From Neodothiora populina (lineage: Eukaryota), in contig NW_027191414.1 in the NCBI RefSeq assembly GCF_041146345.1, positions 1,364,001 to 1,428,000 on the forward strand: a stretch of DNA of 64,000 bases. The letters run 5' to 3'. The notes below the pieces were generated by a model. It made no database searches and was not told the DNA's origin. It saw nothing but the letters and a program-made list of their open reading frames with translations. This document shows, piece by piece, positions 14,870 to 27,694 of the stretch (position 1 is the stretch's first letter; every line of letters begins with the position of its first letter). The position numbers and the translations under genes were made by a program.

Positions 14870-16287
14870 ATGCCTGCTGCAAAAGAACTATCACCGTATG
14901 AGCAGATCCCTGTGACCAAGGCAGACTGTAGGTTACCAAATACCAACCAGAAGATACTTCACATACTGATATAGCACTCTTAGTGGACTGGGCAGAGCTT
15001 GTAACTCTTGACTTAAGCTTGTTTGACCAGCCTAACGGCAAGGAGGCTCTTGTCTCGCAGCTCGAGCATGCCGTCCGCCACGTCGGTAAGTACGCTCCCA
15101 TGAAGGAAATGTGTCGTCTCGTATGTTGACATCGATTGATCAAGGTTTCTTCTATGTCAAGAACTTCAACATCAGTCAAGAAGAAGTCGACAGACAATTT
15201 GCCCTCGGTCGCGAGTTTTACAACTTGCCTCTTGAGGAGAAGCTAAAGTTCCACAACCTAGAAGCCCTCGAGAGTGGAGACTACAATGGCTACAGACCCG
15301 CAGGAATGCGAAGGTGGGCACAGAGCTGAGAACTGATGTCTATCTTTGCTTCTTACTGACGATAATGTTCCAGTCTGGGCCCTAAATTGACCGACAACAT
15401 CCAAACTTACAACCTGCCCAAGTTTGACGGATTCCACCCCCGACCGCAACCAGCAATCCTTCAAGACCACATTGAAGAGATCGAAGACTTCAGCCGCGTG
15501 AGTCTCGTGTACTAGTCGTTACCTACCCGAAGCTGATATAAGGCCCTCCTAGAGATGCCACAAAGAGGTTGTAGTCAAGCTCCTCAAGCTCTTTGCCATC
15601 CTGCTCGAGCTTCCCGACGAGGATCAACTGGTAGTTGACCACCGGTACGATGACCGCGGCGAAGACCATCTCCGCTACATGCACTACTCCGCCCGCACTC
15701 CCGAGGAGAACGAGCGCGTAGGCGAACTGTACAGTCCCGGCCACACGGATCTGGGTTCCATTACTCTTCTCTTCCGTCAACCCGTTTGCGCACTCCAGAT
15801 CCTCAACAACGAGGGTCAGTGGAAGTGGGTCAAGCCTCAAGATGCCACCATTACCATCAACACTTGTGACGCATTGACTGCGCTCACGGGTGGGTACATC
15901 AAGTCGAGTATCCATAGGGTCCACGCCCCTCCTGCCGATCAGGCTCATATTGATCGTTTGGGCGTACTATACTTCGCCCGGTATGTGTTATTGAAGTTAA
16001 TCCTCCGCATCAACAAATGCTAATGATCCATTCTCACATCCAGACCAAACAACCACGTCAAGCTCGAGCCTATCACCAACAGCCCTGTCCTAAACAAGTT
16101 AGGCCTCAAGACCAACGCACTCACCGAGATCGGTCAACACCTGACCATGGAGGAGTGGGTCACAAAGAGACAGAGCCAGCAGCAAAGAAGGAAGAAGACG
16201 CCCCAGATCACAAAGGACGGCAAGTACTTTTACGACAGCAAGGATCTGGAAATCGTCCCTGGCTTGCAGGCGCAGATCCACAACTGA
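14870..16287 (+). CDS. 2-oxoglutarate/Fe(II)-dependent dioxygenase (IPNS/DIOX_N family), multi-exon
   Basis: DWAELVTLDL..GFFYVKN N-terminal domain. Facial triad GHTDLGSITLLF (HxD) and HRV, plus RLGVLYF (2OG-binding Arg). Confidence 0.9.
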
Positions 16288-16855
16288 GCTGGTGGCAAGT
16301 GACGACGATGAATCTTGAGGACGAAATGTGACCATGCCTCTTTGTTAGTAGTGGCGGAAGCAGAGGTCTGGAGAATAACATACCTACACCTGGCATCTGA
16401 ATGTATATCATTCCCGCCACCAGATTCTACGCGTTCCCTCATGATCGGTTGCATATAGTGATCTTGTGACAATGAAACGTACAAGGGCTATACATGACTG
16501 ACGACATTGCGACCTGCTGACTGGCAACAGGATTCGTGGTGCGTCTGAACGATGAGTGGCCCGTATGGAGACTATGGTGATACAGGCCCCAGATGTGGCG
16601 CAGATGCACTGCTCTGTAGAGCTGGTACAAAAGTGCGCTATGAATTCATGTCTGGATGAGCGTGGATTTACCATCCGACCATATCCACCATGGTCCAGAA
16701 CGTCTGCAACATACGTCGGACTATCCAAGTCAAGACCGAGTCTCGCTGTCTACCCAATGCAATACAACAGATGCGATGGCAAAGTTGAACGACAAGGCTT
16801 ACACTGACATTTCATTTGTCGTAATAACTCGTAATACAAAGACTAACTATGCTAC

Positions 16856-18673
16856 TCATGTCCATCTAGTCGCACGACCGATCTTCTTGCGTTCATTCTC
16901 GAGTCTAGCATATCGACTGGCGAACCGACTCTTCTTTCGAATAGCGGGTCCATATCTGAACAAGAAGAACGGCGCCGGTGCTAGTAACACTGCTAAGCAT
17001 CCGATGATGGTCATGACCCAATGGACACCGAGATTCGAGTACCAAGGTCGAGCCACAAGATTGATCAAAGCGGATGACCAGTACCTGAAGAAAGTGACGA
17101 TTGCCAAAGCGGACCCGGCGTATATGCCATCTGTATCGAGAGGCGTCAACACTTTTATAGTCAATAAGGACATCATGGTAACCACTTACAAACATCTAGG
17201 ATATACTGGTAAACAGCCACGTAAATGCCAGCCCAGCACACGCTGAAGAGTGTCACGGCACCCAAGTCAGACCACGGCGAAATCGAAGCATAGTTCGTCC
17301 AGCCGAGCCAGAACAGCGAGATGGGAAGCAAGATAGCCAGGGGGACTGCAATCCACAGACGATACTCTGGCGCAGGCAGATCTCGACCCGGTATGTTTTG
17401 GCCGCTAAATCCATGCCTTCGTCACCATTCTCACGCTCCAATTGGATGACCTTTCTATTATATAGATGGACGTATACAGGCACTGAACACGTCCACAATG
17501 TGACGCCTGTCAGAATGGCGGCATAGGAGGTTCCGATCAGACCTCTTTTGAAACCATAAGTGTCGCCGAAAATGAAGGAGTAGCCCTGGAGAAATCCGTA
17601 GACGACGACATAGACCAGAACAAGCCAGAAGCCGAGAAGAGGCACGATTGGCTCTTTCGTCAGCATGTGCAAGGACCGCAAGAGAGCGGCCTTCAAGCGT
17701 TGTGCGACTGAAGCTTGTCGCTCGATTTCGGACAGATACCTCTCATCACCAGTCACTGCTCTCAGGTGTTTTGCCTTCCATTGTAGCAAGATAGGAGCAA
17801 ATGTTTCGGGCAGGAGAAACACCGTGAATAGGAGCGTGAATCCGGAGATGATGACGGGTATCCATTCTGTCCAGCGCCAGCTGACATTGGATTGTGCGAT
17901 CCATGCACCCACTAGTGGCGATAAAGCAGGACCTAGTCATATAAGTCAACAGTCTCCTTATGGGCAACAGCAAACACAACAGGACTGACCATAGAAAGAC
18001 GCGAGAACAATCACCGGCCAAGCCACAGTTCTCTCCACGATGCTGAATAGGTCTGCAACACTGGCAGCATGGATGGCAAGGAGGATGCTACCTCCAATAC
18101 CAGCAAGAAACCGAAAGACACACTTCGCACCAAAATTCGGAGAGAGTGCCACTCCAATCAGCCAGCACAATTGAAAGAATCTCGAGCCGATGTATATGGG
18201 ATTACTTCCGACAGTTTCTGTTATGGTGAGCCCCTTAGGATGATTCCTCATTCAAGCACTATTGGCTTACCAGATATAGGCCCAGCAAAGAGCGCTCCAA
18301 AACCGATTCCGAAATTGTAAAGCGCCGGGGACAGGGTTTCGGCTTCCTCGCTCACATGAAACTGAGCTGAGATTTTCGATGATGCTTGAGAGTCTGCAGA
18401 TCCAGCCCAGTCAAGCGCGAAGACGTTTATCCAAAGAAGAAATAAGACTCCCCAGCGTCTGGTACGCGACCAATTTCGAGGGTTACATTTATCGTCCGGC
18501 CCGTTCCAATCGACAAGCTTGCTTTCTGTCTTTTCATCTACAGAGCCCGCAAAGGAGTCGGATAGAGAGAGCGTGTCTTCTAGAGATCGTGGGGTTTGGT
18601 CGAGTCGGGCCTTGCCATTGTGATATGCCTTTACGAACTCGTGCAGCTCTTTATACTGCCTCAAGGACTGCAT
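16856..18673 (-). CDS. MFS transporter, DHA1 (drug:H+ antiporter) family; apparent frameshift near 17385-17421
   Basis: VDWNGPDDKCNPRNWS, WRWTEW, LPETFAPILL, PEYRL and YAGSALA motifs. The PEYRL block is out of frame with the upstream exon. Confidence 0.85.
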
Positions 18674-21600
18674 GTCCTTGCCCTACCTTTGCACTCTGGA
18701 AGTGCGGTTATATCTGCTGCAGAAGCGGATTTGATATGTGCGTATCGCACTCTACAAAAGAAGAATTTCACGACGATCATTTTTATCACTTTTCTGTTGC
18801 GATCTCTCTTCTACTATCTTCGAATTGCGTGCTTACCCTGACGGATCTCACGGTAACAAAAAATCATCTTCGCTGTGTGATGAACATGGTATGACATGAC
18901 GTCACAAAGGTCTGTTCTGGGTAAAGTCACTGCGGCTCCGAAGTAGGTCAACCGTAATGGGACCGCCGCTATCACTACAACGATGTCGGAGCAGTGTGCA
19001 TAGTCTGAGAATCTAGCATGGACCAGTAATGAGACTGGACTATACTGTTTTGTGGACAATCGAGAAGACCGAAGAGAGTCTACTTTTGATTGCAAGAGCA
19101 ACTGAGGCTGTAGCACTCGTCGATGCCGAGCAAGCCGGGTCTAGAATTTGACCACCCATTCCGACGACAAGTTGTCAATAGCGACGAGAATAGAGCAGCC
19201 ACAATACTGATGATCAGGGTAGTGTACGCCCTCTACCTTTCCACGGAGCGGAGAGAATGAAGAGCAGTATCCTTGTATCAAGTCTGTTCAGCTCGAGTAT
19301 ATCTGCCGAGACATGTCGAGCTCAGTAGGACCAATGAATCCGAAGCGTGCAGGTGTCGTCGGCTGGCGCTTCCGGAGCCCTACATCGCATGCCGACGGAG
19401 AGTGAATAGCTGCGCATATCCGGAAATTGAAAAGCATTTCCATACATTTCCCAAATAAATGTTCGCAGCGGTCGGGTGCATCATAAATGCCCCGATACAT
19501 TCGAACGAGTTCAGGAACGTCGAAAGGATAAGGTAGGTTCTTCAATTTGCGCAACAGTTCTACGGAGAATATAATGACCACTCACGAACGTTGTGTGCTG
19601 CATTTGCGGGCGGATGCAGGGTAAATCTGCAAGACCGGTTTGTTATTAAGGTATGCTTGATAGATTTATGTTACTTGCTTCCCAGGTGTGATCGTGTCGC
19701 CACGCTGATCAGTAGACGTTTTACACGTGGCGAGAGCGGGCATTGGGGAGCCGATATATGAGGACGGCAAAAACCCACACGCACAGTGCACGTCGCAAGT
19801 ATTTATGGATGAGGCTCCAAGACCACTAAAGCTTGTCCAAGCCGTGACGCAGTCGGTGAGGGTGTGTCTTCTATCGATGAGCTTGAGTTTGGGCATATGA
19901 AGGTGTCAACCATGCAGTGTGTGCAGGGAAGCGCTGTGCATATTGTGCGGCACGATGAGGCTCATTAAGACGAAGCATTTTCGTGATAGATGGTTGAGCC
20001 GCTTTACGTGCTTACCGCGTTTGGATATTGGACATGTATAAGGTAAGGTATACTACGAATATACATCTCCATCGATGCGAAAGCTGATGGGAAATAACCA
20101 ATAAATGATCGCCTCACGTTTGACTACTTTTGCAAGCTACGAAGGCACGACAGCCTCGCAGGATTATCGTACATAATAGTTATCAGCAAAGTATCTGTGT
20201 AGGCGGGATGTGATTTACATACAAGTGCTCTAAGTGCTTACAGGGATGCTGTACATCAGCTAGCTACGGGGAATACTTCACCAAGTAGACATTTATTATT
20301 GGAATCATATTCCGTCTAGAGTACCTACAGTAAGGTAAGCTTGATGAAGCTAACGCAGTCAGAGTCGACGCCAAGTCGATACATTGCCACCAATTCGATA
20401 ACATGACCACACATCTAGGCACATTCTGTGTCTCTTGGCCTACTGCAATGCATAATCTATATCGATTTTCTTGTATTCTTAATAAGAGATGCTGCTCCAG
20501 AGAGTTTTGCGTGTAGACAGTCGAAAGTGTGCAGTACAAGTATATGGAAGTACCCCGCATCGTCCAACACATCCTACTGCGGAAAAGCATTGACACCCTT
20601 CTGTCTTCACCACCGACTATCCCCATCCCCCATCGGTCGAAGCTGCAGTAGCGCCGGACAAGGCTGAGAGCCGTATCTGTTCGAAGATCATTCCTGGGTA
20701 CCTACCATTGACGTCTACATCTCTGCCCTTACTCAAGATTCTTCGCGTGTTCGTTCTATGAAACGAGGTCGTGAGCTCGTGTCGCCAGGCATAATTAAGC
20801 TTCTCTTGATCCTGGCACTGCTTGACTTATTTTTGGACTCTTCTGCAAGGGCATTGGTAGGGATCTTCGAGAACCACAATGCAATGTGAGTAATCCTCCG
20901 CTTACTTCTCGATTTGCTTGCAGCTCTCGACATGATCAATGAACACATGGCTCAAGACAATGGGTGACTTCGTGATCATCTCCATGACCGACTAGGCTCG
21001 AATCAAGGCTTCCGGGCTGGCGCTTTTGGACCATTAAATCAGACTAAAGGCTAGCTTCTGGTTGGTCCTATACCGCCTATGCTTCCGGAGATCTTCTTTG
21101 TGACTTGATTCGGGCTGCTGATGAGAGTACTTGTGTACGACAGTCTTTCCCTAGATGACCCCACTCGGATCCACCCGAAGTCGTGTTTGATAATTGCAGA
21201 CGCCTGATCTTGACTATTGATCGTCTGCATGTACAGATGTACGTTCACACATGAAGCAAAAAGTCCCGCCCGGCTGCTCGCCTTCTTTGGGTTAACGTGT
21301 CAGTATGCCCGCCGCCACGCGGAACGCCTTGCAGCGTTTTACTCGATGCAGCAAGAGACTTGACCATTTCTCCCAGATTGAGATCTTGCTGTGGCTTAAA
21401 GTTCTGGACTACCGTGTGAGTGGGTTGACAGTGCTGACAGCAGCTATTCTCGGGACACACAGTGGAGTGGCTCATAGATTCCGGTGGGTGAGTGTCGCTC
21501 GGATCGTCTATAGCACGTTAGCGTGTCGTAGTCTTTCAAGTGCTCCAGTCCTCGCGTGGCCCACACGGCTTTGCATGACGAGGCTGTTCAGGCTCGTAGG

Positions 21601-21832
21601 GGACCCGGAGATGGCTAATTCGGGTCATCCTTTTGGATGGAGAGTTGTCGAACTGCATCTGTAGGTGAGTGGCAATGGCACTACATATATGTTTCTCGTA
21701 GTGCCGCATGTTGAGTCCGATCGCAATCCACTTTCGCTTTCCATTAGCTGCGTTTCCAAGACCTGATCTCGGACATTGCTTCTAAACTCACTCAATCGCT
21801 CTCTGTTTATATTTGCGGTGGCGAGTCTCATC

Positions 21833-23753
21833 ATGCGGTTCCACAACCTGGTCGAACTATGCCTCTTGGCGTCTGCTTCCTTGGGACTGGGCGAGGCCCT
21901 TCCTGCCCAGAACTATCTATGGGGAGCGGATGGTATGGGAAAGATGGTCAAGCGTGCAACTACTAGCACAACATCTGCTTCATCAACCTCATCACTAGTG
22001 GCAGACGCAGCTTGTACCAATGGTGCTTTGACACGATCATGCTGGGGTAGTGGCTACAGTATCGCCACCGATTTCGATCAGAAGCACCCGACTACTGGCA
22101 AGACTGTTACTTATGACCTCACAATCACCAACACCACTTGCAACCCAGATGGCCACGGTGATCAGCAATGCTTGCTGGTCAACGGCCAATATCCTGGTCC
22201 TGTCATCACTGCCAACTGGGGAGACACCATTAGTATCACTGTACACAACCAGATGCAAGACAACGGTACCAGCATGCACTGGCACGGTGTCCGTCAATTG
22301 AACTCGGTTGGTTCTGACGGTGTCAACGGAATCACTGAGTGTCCCATCGCACCCAGCAAGTCCAAGACCTATACCTTCTTGGCCACGCAATTTGGAACCT
22401 CATGGTACCACAGCCATTACTCATCCCAGTACGGTATGGGCATTGTTGGACCCATTGTCATCAATGGACCGGCAAGCTCGAATTACGATGTTGATCTTGG
22501 AGCTTTCCCCGTCAGCGATTGGTACTATTCTAACGCTGATAATGTCAATATTTTGACCTTGAACGCTCTTCAGACAGGTGGTGCCGGTCCTGCCGGTGAT
22601 ACCATCTTGGTCAACGGTACCATGAACAACGGTAATGGCAAATATGCTCAGGTCACGGTTCAGAAGGGCAAGAAGCATCGTCTCAGACTGATCAACACTT
22701 CCGTTGATGTGAGTAATTCCAGTTTCGACTTCTGTATGATTACTAACCCAAAGACAGAATTACATCAGAGTCAAGCTTGACAACCATCCCTTCACTGTAA
22801 TGACTGCAGATTTCATTCCTGTGAAGCCTTTGCCCGGACAAGACTGGGTTCTCCTGGCTATTGGCCAGCGTTACGATGTCGTGTTCACAGCAAACCAGAC
22901 TGCTGGAACCTACTGGTTCAGGGCCGAGGTCGCTGGTGACTGCTTCAGCGCAAACAACGGCAAAGGACGTGCCTTGTTCACCTACTCAGGCTCTACAGTC
23001 AGTGCGCCTACCGATTCCAACACTGCCCCTCCCACGAATGGTTGCCAGGATCTCGTGACTGTGCCATACTGGAAGCAGGCTGTCGACCAGAGCACTTTCT
23101 CCGCCCAGGCCAAGACACTCAACACTGGTCTCCAGATCCCAGGAGTTACCGCCAACGGCCAGAACCTCGTTCTTTGGGCTCTCAACACTACTGCGATGAC
23201 TGTCAAGTGGGACACGCCGACGCTGCAGTATGTTGCTACAGGCAACACAAGCTACCCTCAGTCATACGACATGATCGAGATCCCGAACGAGGGTGTGTGG
23301 ACCTACTGGATCATCCAGGTTGCGAGCGGCTCGCCGCCTCCTGCTCACCCGATCCATCTTCACGGACACGATTTCTTCGTCCTCGGTCAGGAATCAAACG
23401 CAGTCTTTGATGCCTCGACCGCAAGTTTGAATTTTGCCAACCCGCCGCGTCGTGATACTGCCACTCTCCCCAGCGGAGGATGGTTAGCTCTTGCTTTCGT
23501 GGCCAACAACCCCGGTTCCTGGTTGATGGTAAGAGTTCCTTGTTCTACTTCTCTACTTACCTCAGAGCTAATATGTTTCCTCTTTTAGCACTGCCACATC
23601 GCATGGCACATCAGCGAAGGTCTCGGTGTACAGTTCCTCGAGGCCAAGAACAACATCCAGATGCCCGACATGACACAATTCAACCAACAGTGCTCTGACT
23701 GGAAGTCGTACGCCAAGACCATGCTGTACCCCCAGGTCGACAGTGGCCTATAG
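21833..23753 (+). CDS. Secreted laccase (multicopper oxidase, AA1), 3 exons
   Basis: Signal peptide plus KR pro-site. Four Cu motifs: HWHG, WYHSH, HPIHLHGH and HCHIAWHISEGL. C-terminal DSGL tetrapeptide typical of ascomycete laccases. Confidence 0.96.
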
Positions 23754-24105
23754 AGTAGTTTGATTGTCGAGTTTTTCTTTTCTTTTCTTTCAGCTCATCT
23801 TCGGCGGCGCGTGAGGGAGGGAAAAATACGAGAGACGGGGTACGGAAGAAGACGACAGTCTAATCGAGTGAATGGATGGATGAGTGTATGACTGGATCAG
23901 GCCGGGGCTTTCTTCTTGCATTTGAACTGTCGGAGGCTCGCTCGCATTTCTTGTCATTCAAAGATATCTATATCACCCTCTTATTGTCTTCCTTCTCTCG
24001 TCATTATCTCAATACAATCTCCTTCGTACTGTACTTTGTGTCCCATATGCCATCTCCTTCCGTCTTCGATGAGAGACAAACAATGACTATCACCAGTAAA
24101 GGAGC

Positions 24106-24259
24106 GTCTGCCTCCGGCGGCCACTGCGTGAAGCTTACTCTCTCCCCCTCTACCATCGTCTCTCAGCATGGTTACTCGAGTAGAACTCTGACTCGACGCA
24201 ATCATCATCATCACCTATGAGTAATGTCTGCCTCCGGCGGCCACTGCGTGGAGCTTACT
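24106..24259. repeat. 34-bp direct repeat (2 copies, 120-bp spacing)
   Basis: gtctgcctccggcggccactgcgtg[a/g]agcttact at 24106-24139 and 24226-24259, with one mismatch. Confidence 0.9.
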
Positions 24260-25244
24260 TCTTACATTTGATCATCTCTCCACTCTACACCATTCTCGAT
24301 CAGAAATCTTCACAAAACAGGCAACGTCGAACCAGAGTTCTTACTGCATAGTGCATATGGATGGGATGGCAGAGAGAAGACAAGCAAATCTGCGATTCGG
24401 TGCTTATTCGCTTACCTGCTTACTTGCTTGTTTATATGGCTACTTAGATGCGTATTCATGCTTACAGTCTTCCAACCTGTCGTCGCGCGAATGGAATCCA
24501 CGGTACCTTACAGAACAGCCCCTTGCTTACCACCTTACATTACTGCTGTCGCGGTGCGCGTGCTTACGACCGCTAGCATACTGCGCCTTTCCTTGCTTAC
24601 TGCCGTCATTATTGCCGTTCTGCTGCTGTGGCCTTGCTGTGGTGTTGCTTACGAGTGGCAGATCGATGCTTGTTGCTTTATAAGTTTGGTATCGTGAGAG
24701 TGTGTGTAGGTCGGGATTATGGTCGAGGATGACTGCATCTTGCTTCTTCGCGTCAAGTGTTGGAATATTGGTTTGAGGCGTGAGAGTTCGAGTGTGACAT
24801 GGGGTGTAGATCGCTACCTTGGCCATGTTGCTTGGATGGGCAAGGCATACGGACTTATTGGGTACGATGTGCTCGTCGTACCTACTTACTTACCTATCTA
24901 CCTACCTATTTACCTTTATTCTTTCACTGCATCGTGCCACAGATCGTTTACGGCGTGGCAGGCTATGATTGAGAGTGCTTCATGTTGTCAAGACAATCAT
25001 GAGCGGATGGAAGAGCGTCAAGAAGTCAAGAAAGTGTCAAAGTCCGTAAAATCCCAAGGACTTTAACAGGAACATGGAATTTCATTTCATTTCTAAACCA
25101 GTCCTTTCGGCAATAATGAGCGTGAGATGTGCTGTGCTGTGGCATGAAACGCGCGACAACAGTCGTTAGATATTCATGTCCTCCGAAACTTCAAATGTAG
25201 ACCGGCAATCGAGGAGAGCTTGAGATCATGACAAAAGAAGTTCC

Positions 25245-26438
25245 TCACATCAGACAAGCCTTCATCTCGATAGCAGAGGAAACGGCCGGGGCGGACCCGC
25301 CGAGACGACGGTATCCGCCCTCGCTGGCGACGCGCTTCTGCAGCTCGGCCATCTTCTTCTGGTCACCGGTGGGATCCTTGGAGTCGGCCTCGAGTCCCCA
25401 CTCCAGGAACTCATTAGTGTAGTTGGGCTCGTAGTCGGCGGGCAAGACGCCCAGACGCTTGCCGTAAGCGGTGACTTTGTTCCAGTCGCGCATCACGTTC
25501 TTGAGGTCCTTGCTGAAGTAGGCAAAGGAGCGCTCGAAGATCTTGCGGTTCAGGGGAGTGTTCATGACGGGTTTCATGTCGACGTATTCCTCGTAGGCAC
25601 GGGCGGGGTCGGCAAGGACATAGTCGGTCGCGCGCTTGCAGGCACGCATGAATGCCTTGACTTTGTCTGGGTTCTGGAGGATGAACTCGTCGTTACCAAT
25701 GTAAAGAATGGAACAGAAGCAGCAGCATCCCAGCTCGGCGAGTTCGTCGATGCGCAACATCTGGACGTCGGACTTGGGACGACCTTGCTCCTCAAGCCAC
25801 TCTTCGAGCTCAGGCATTTGGACATTCTCAAGACCAATACCTGCGTCGATGGCGCCAGACTTGATGGCCTTGGCCACGTTCATACCGCATCTCACTGCAG
25901 TGTAGTCGTCGGGAGTCATGCCGTAGTGGGAGGTCAGCTCGTCAATCTGGATCTTGCCGAACTCCCCGACATAACCAATCTTCTTTCCCTTGAGAGTGTG
26001 GAAGTCGGGGGTGATGCCAGAAGACTTGAGGTAGACGACACCAGTAAAGGGCTCATCGAGGAGAGAGCCGATAGATGTGACGGGGAAGCCACGAGCCTTG
26101 GCTGCCAGAGTATGAATCATGGCCTTGAATCCCAAGTCGACCTTGCCACTGCCGATGATCTCCGTAACGTCCTGCCGGCGAAGATAAGTTGATGTGTTGT
26201 GATAGATGGAAAGAGAAAACGTACACTGGGGTCATTGGGCTCGAGCAGAGCAACCTTGACACCCTCATCGGCAAAGTATCCCTTGGCCTGAGCCAGGTAA
26301 ACCGGGGCGTGGTAAGGAGTAGCGTGCCTGTATTCATGTTTCGTGTCAGTCCCAGAAACTCTGCATCTATCTTCAGACAGTGACAGAAAAAGACAAGACC
26401 GACCAGTTGGACAAAAAGGTAATCTTGTCGGTCGACAT
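25245..26438 (-). CDS. NMT1: HMP-P synthase (thiamine pyrimidine biosynthesis), exons 26438-26404, 26327-26225, 26171-25245
   Basis: [27 protein letters not shown] (PLP Lys / substrate His) and CCCFC motif of the THI5/NMT1 family. Confidence 0.97.
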
Positions 26439-26488
26439 TCTTGCTTCTCGATCTGATCACGGTATGGGTCGTCTGAGTAAATACAGAG

Positions 26489-26779
26489 CTGTTGATGGAA
26501 ATCCATGTCAGTACGACTTGACCTTGGGGATCAAGGAAAAGAAAGAGGGAAGGCTAGCAGTCCTTTCGCTGGAATTATCCAGATCAAGTTTCAACGGTAT
26601 AATCTCAGAACAGTGTGCCCCTTTCGAGAGAAACAGAGGCAACACCGAACACCCGTCTGCATGAATTTCATGGCAGTTCATTTGTTCATATAGACGTTAC
26701 CTGTATTACACTCGACTTGACCCCAAGACAACTCCATAGCTGATACTGATGGCCCTTCCTTTCGAGGAAGTTGTCATAC
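26489..26779 (-). promoter_or_regulatory. Alternatively spliced 5'-UTR intron of NMT1 (5' splice sites at 26779 and 26700; 3' splice site at 26489) with two uORF starts
   Basis: G|GTATGA at 26779, CAG|GTAACG at 26700, branch TACTGAC 26513-26507, CAG acceptor 26491-26489. ATGs at 26777 and 26737 lie between the two donors. Confidence 0.85.
26555..26662 (-). ncRNA. TPP (thiamine pyrophosphate) riboswitch aptamer in the NMT1 5'-UTR intron
   Basis: Minus strand reads GCAGACGGGTG..(P3 hairpin)..TTCTGAGATTATACCGTTGAAACTTGATCTGGATAATTCCAGCGAAAGGACTGC. It has the conserved CUGAGA, AUAC, UGAUC-GGAUAA-CCAGCG-AGGA elements. P1 is GCAG/CUGC and P2 is ACGG/CCGU. Confidence 0.97.
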
Positions 26780-27694
26780 CGTAGTGGTGATTGGCGTGGA
26801 CTGAAGGCTGGTATGCGAGAGGAAAGTAGGATGATAGGAGAAAAGAAAGAGGAGAGGGTTGGATCTGGCGGAGGCTACTTATACCTGTGCAACAAGCTCA
26901 ACTTACTCGGGTTCTACAGGATCAGGTGAGGGATTGACGGGGTCCGTTGTTCGCGGACATGCTTTTCCCTGCCACTATTGCTCAGAGAAGGATGCATACA
27001 ATACATGCTCAGCTACCCTTGCCTTGACTATACGATTAATAGCGTAGTCTGACCATCGTGGGTCGATAGTGGGGCAAGAGGGAGGGGGATCGACGGAGAG
27101 ACTTCCTGATGCGGAATAAGGTCCCGTAGCTCGATGGTACAGCATTGTTTCGAATTCAACATGAAAAATCACCCAGCAACAACCATTGAACACTGTACTG
27201 TGCTCTCTGGTCGATTTCTCTTGATAGATCACGCTTCTCGAGGCACTGTCTGTGTATCGTCTTTTCTCTCTAAGGCTGTCAAAGTGATGGACGAAAGATG
27301 GCACAGTCATGCCTCCAAGAGAGCTCCGCCTTTTAGCTCTCGAGCCTTCGGGGGTTCTATGGATCTGCGAGTCAAGTGCTTTCGAATAGGCCCGGACAGG
27401 AACAGTCCGGGAATTGAAACGACAGAACACGATTATTGCGTGGGCCATGCAAGATGATTGCTCTGCGGCCTGAAAAATGACGAGAAAGTATAAACGTCGG
27501 ATCAGGAGACTCGGATCATTGTCCACGTCACAGGACGAGAAGCGACAGCTAAAGGTCGGGGACAGAAGCAACGGAAGTGCTCTGATGGCCAATAACGAGC
27601 AATGGCAAAGGTAAAAGTCGATTATGGTATCTCTCTTTCTTTCTTTTCTCTTTCCTTGTAGTCATATGTAACTCTACGTAGGCTTTTCAGATCT

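Noticed and set aside
18700..21800. Short ORFs in the MFS-laccase divergent intergenic region (e.g. 19288-19581)
   Set aside because: No recognisable domain or consistent exon chain. An eroded gene cannot be excluded without blastx.
24106..24259. 34-bp direct repeat considered as a CRISPR repeat or LTR
   Set aside because: Only two copies, in a eukaryotic context, with no cas genes, TG..CA ends or TE coding sequence.
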